Below the pieces are notes generated by a model, which saw nothing but the letters and a program-made list of their open reading frames with translations, did not search any database and was not told the origin of the DNA. From an uncultured Acidimicrobiia bacterium (GTDB lineage: Bacteria; Actinomycetota; Acidimicrobiia; Spongiisociales; UBA5794), in NCBI GenBank assembly GCA_963708235.1, contig OY970200.1, positions 1,713,373-1,777,372 of the forward strand: a stretch of DNA of 64,000 bases. Reading direction: 5' to 3'. The position numbers and the translations under genes were made by a program. Below, one piece after another: positions 61,340 through 64,000 of the stretch (position 1 is its first letter; each line of letters starts with the position of its first letter).

Positions 61340-63240
61340 GCTATGTCGCCGTGCGGATGCGAACCCCGAGTCACGACAACTCGCTCTGACACTGCCAGGC
61401 AATCGGACCTGGACGCCGCGCCCCGCCCCGTCTGCGTCCGCAAGCGTCCGCAGCCACCCCGCCCCCCAGGGCGGGGAGGGCCAGAAGGAGACCACGCCCG
61501 ACGTGGCATGCGAACGTCGTCGTCGCCCTCCCCGCGCCTCCGATCGCGACCCCGAGCGCCCACAGCCCCCAAGGGCAAAGAGCCCAGAAGGAGACCACGC
61601 CCGACGTGGCATGCGAACGTCGTCGTCGCCCTCCCCGCGCCTCCGATCGCGACCCCGAGCGCCCACAGCACCCCAGGGCGGAGAGGCCAGAAGGAGACAG
61701 CCTGTCGACCTGAGGGCAGCGTCCTACCGCACGACCAGACAAACCTGGGGCGCGTCGTCCCTTTCTTGGCCCTCCCCGCCCCGGGGGGCGGGGTGCCTCC
61801 GAGGCTCTGGGAGGAGGCGGGGCGGGGCGCGAGTTCAGCATCCCTGAACGTCGGATGGTCCCGGCCGGTTGCCCTCACCGTGCGGATGCGAACCCAAGTC
61901 ACGACAACGCTCGGCGGCACTGCCAGGCAATCGGACCTGGGACGCGTCGTCCCATTCTTGGCCCTCCCCGCCCCGGGGGGCGGGGCGCCTCCGAGGCTCT
62001 GGGAGGAGGTGGGGCGGGGTGCCTCCGAGGCTCTGGGAGGAGGTGGGGCGGGGTGCCTCCGAGGCTCTGGGAGGAGGCGGGGCGGGGCGCGAGTTCAGCA
62101 TCCCTGAACATCGGATGATCCCGGCCGGTTGCCCTCACCGTGCGGATGCGAACCCCAAGTCACGACAACGCTCGGCGGCACTGCCAGGCAATCGGACCTG
62201 GGACGCGTCGTCCCATTCTTGGCCCTCCCCGCCCCGGGGGACGAGGTGCCACCGAGGCCCTGGGAGGAGGCGGGGCGGGGCGCGAGTTCAGCATCCCTGA
62301 ACATCGGATGATCCCGGCCGGTTGCCCTCACCGTGCGGATGCGAACCCCAAGTCACGACAACGCTCGGCGGCACTGCCAGGCAATCGGACCTGGGGCGCG
62401 TCGTCCCATTCTTGGCCCTCCCCGCCCCGGGGGACGAGGTGCCACCGAGGCCCTGGGAGGAGGCGGGGCGGGGCGCGAGTTCAGCATCCCTGAACATCGG
62501 ATGGTCCCGGCCGGTTGCCCTCACCGTGCGGATGCGAACCCCAAGTCACGACAACTCTCGGCGGCACTGCCAGGCAATCGGACCTGGGGCGCGTCGTCCC
62601 ATTCTTGGCCCTCCCCGCCCCGGGGGACGAGGTGCCACCGAGGCCCTGGGAGGAGGCGGGGCGGGGCGCGAGTTCAGCATCCCTGAACATCGGATGGTCC
62701 CGGCCGGTTGCCCTCACCGTGCGGATGCGAACCCCAAGTCACGACAACTCTCGGCGGCACTGCCAGGCAATCGGACCTGGGGCGCGTCGTCCCATTCTTG
62801 GCCCTCCCCGCCCCGGGGGACGAGGTGCCACCGAGGCCCTGGGAGGAGGCGGGGCGGGGCGCGAGTTCAGCATCCCTGAACATCGGATGATCCCGGCCGG
62901 TTGCCCTCACCGTGCGGATGCGAACCCCAAGTCACGACAACGCTCGGCGGCACTGCCAGGCAATCGGACCTGGGGCGCGTCGTCCCTTTCTTGGCCCTCC
63001 CCGCCCCGGGGGGCGGGGTGCCACCGAGGCTCTGGGAGGAGGCGGGGCGGGGCGCGAGTTCAGCATCCCTGAACATCGGATGATCCCGGCCGGTTGCCCT
63101 CGCCGTGCGGATGCGAACCCCGAGTCACGACAACTCTCGGCGACACTGCCCGATACTCGGACCCAGACGCCGCGCGCCCCGCCCGTCTGCGTCCGTAAAG
63201 CGTCCCGCGGCCGACCCGCCGGTCGATCGCTGACCGGGTC
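61340..63240. repeat. non-coding tandem-repeat array with a 193-bp unit: about 7 full head-to-tail copies (starts 61861, 62121, 62314, 62507, 62700, 62893, 63086), flanked by a divergent 5' copy (61340-61860) and a degenerate 3' copy
   Basis: The unit is ccggccggttgccctcaccgtgcggatgcgaacccc...gagttcagcatccctgaacatcggatgatc, with 193-bp spacing seen directly. Copies differ by a few SNPs. The first copies carry nested 103-bp x2 and 34-bp x3 sub-repeats. The period is not a multiple of 3, and all six frames are interrupted. Confidence 0.85.
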
Positions 63241-63244
63241 ACGA

Positions 63245-64000
63245 TCAGCCGGTTCGCCAGCGGATCCCGACCAGACGGGGTACGAACTCCTGACCCTGGT
63301 ATCCGGGGTGAGCGGCGATGGCGTCGGTGGACAGTGGCCGTTCCTCACACCGTTCCAACCGCCACCCTGCCTCGGCGGCGGTGGTGAGGATCGCACCCAA
63401 CGGGCGGTGGTGGAAGGTGACGCTCCGGGTCCCGTCGAGGATCGTGGGGACGGCGCCCGTCTCGAAGTACGGACCCCACCGCCACAGCACCTCGCCGTCG
63501 GAGAGGTCGATGATCGGTCCGGAACCGTCGGCGGTGAACGACGGGTGGTTCGACACCACGACCAAGGACCCTTCGGGTCTCACCACCCGGCGGACCGACT
63601 CGAAGAGAGCGCTCAGATCGGCGATGTGCTCGACCGTCAACACCGCATAGGCGCCGGCCAGCGTCCCGGGTCGGATCCAGGCGAGATCGGGGAGCCGGCA
63701 CCGCACCACGGGTGCCGCCGACGCCCCCAACCGGGCCAGATCATGCGAGATGTCGCAACCGATCACCGGTCGGGTCATCCGGCGCAGCATCCGCCCCTCG
63801 CCACATCCAAGATCCAGCCACGGGACGTCGTCGGTACCCGATCGACGGCGGAACGGGTCGCCCCCGGACTCGGCGTCGGGACCAGACCCGGCGCCATCGA
63901 TCAGCGACAGGGTGAACGGCGCCACATCGGTTCCGAACACCGCATCGCTGCGGGCCTCGTCGGCCCACCAACCGGCGAGATGCTCCCACTCGTCAGTCAT
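63245..64000 (-). CDS. class I SAM-dependent methyltransferase
   Basis: It has a glycine-rich motif I (WLDLGCGEGRM) and the MTase fold. The ATG is the last three bases of the window (MTDEWEHLAGWW), so the CDS is complete. Confidence 0.7.
   Translation of the reverse strand: MTDEWEHLAGWWADEARSDAVFGTDVAPFTLSLIDGAGSGPDAESGGDPFRRRSGTDDVPWLDLGCGEGRMLRRMTRPVIGCDISHDLARLGASAAPVVRCRLPDLAWIRPGTLAGAYAVLTVEHIADLSALFESVRRVVRPEGSLVVVSNHPSFTADGSGPIIDLSDGEVLWRWGPYFETGAVPTILDGTRSVTFHHRPLGAILTTAAEAGWRLERCEERPLSTDAIAAHPGYQGQEFVPRLVGIRWRTG

Noticed and set aside
61340-63240. CRISPR array
   Set aside because: The repeat unit is 193 bp with no interspersed unique spacers, no cas genes are nearby, and copies are near-identical over their full length.
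61343-63396. Dozens of 60-185-aa ORFs on both strands across the repeat array (repeating Arg/Pro/Gly-rich translations)
   Set aside because: They are the same unit read in shifting frames (193 mod 3 = 1). All are closed by stops within one or two units, and they lack SDs and a codon-bias signal. I treat the array as non-coding.

Overview
This is a high-GC (~70%) chromosomal segment whose gene order matches conserved actinobacterial synteny. I assign about 66 protein genes and one tRNA; about 60 of them are on the minus strand, and many neighbours are translationally coupled (ATGA/GTGA overlaps). Gene order, left to right on minus-strand blocks: leuB(partial)-leuA-cimA; ispH (+); cmk-aroA-rluB-scpB-scpA; an HD-domain gene plus a TraR/DksA zinc-finger gene; xerD; NUDIX; pyrG; recN-nadK-tlyA; rhomboid (+); HAD; serB (+); M20 peptidase-GNAT; ppm1-DUF4193-lipid kinase-helY-tatC-tatA-pafC-pafB-pafA; an SPFH/NfeD pair with a divergent DUF2007-like gene; prcA-prcB-pup-dop-arc, which completes a Pup-proteasome locus; a small ferredoxin (+) and a large secreted PKD-domain protein; trmI; a holin-like three-gene operon; an OmpA-like gene; a second NUDIX; tRNA-Leu(GAG); a five-gene peptide ABC transporter; secG-gpmA-hypothetical-tpiA-pgk-gap-yvcK-rapZ-uvrC; a 1.9 kb non-coding tandem-repeat array; and a SAM-dependent methyltransferase ending exactly at the window edge. 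The two observations I consider most worth follow-up are (1) a Leu/Ile-rich 13-aa leader peptide with two hairpins and a U-tract terminator in the cimA 5' leader, which looks like a classic attenuator for cimA-leuA-leuB, and (2) a hierarchical array of 193-bp tandem repeats (about 9 copies, with nested 103-bp and 34-bp sub-repeats) that shares a 75-bp GC-rich palindromic module with the ispH/cmk intergenic region. Three apparent single-base frameshifts (aroA, scpB, dop) and a non-canonical ATC start (oppD) all fall in GC runs and may be sequencing errors; they are flagged rather than interpreted. No rRNA, CRISPR array, transposase or integrase (other than chromosomal xerD) was found.
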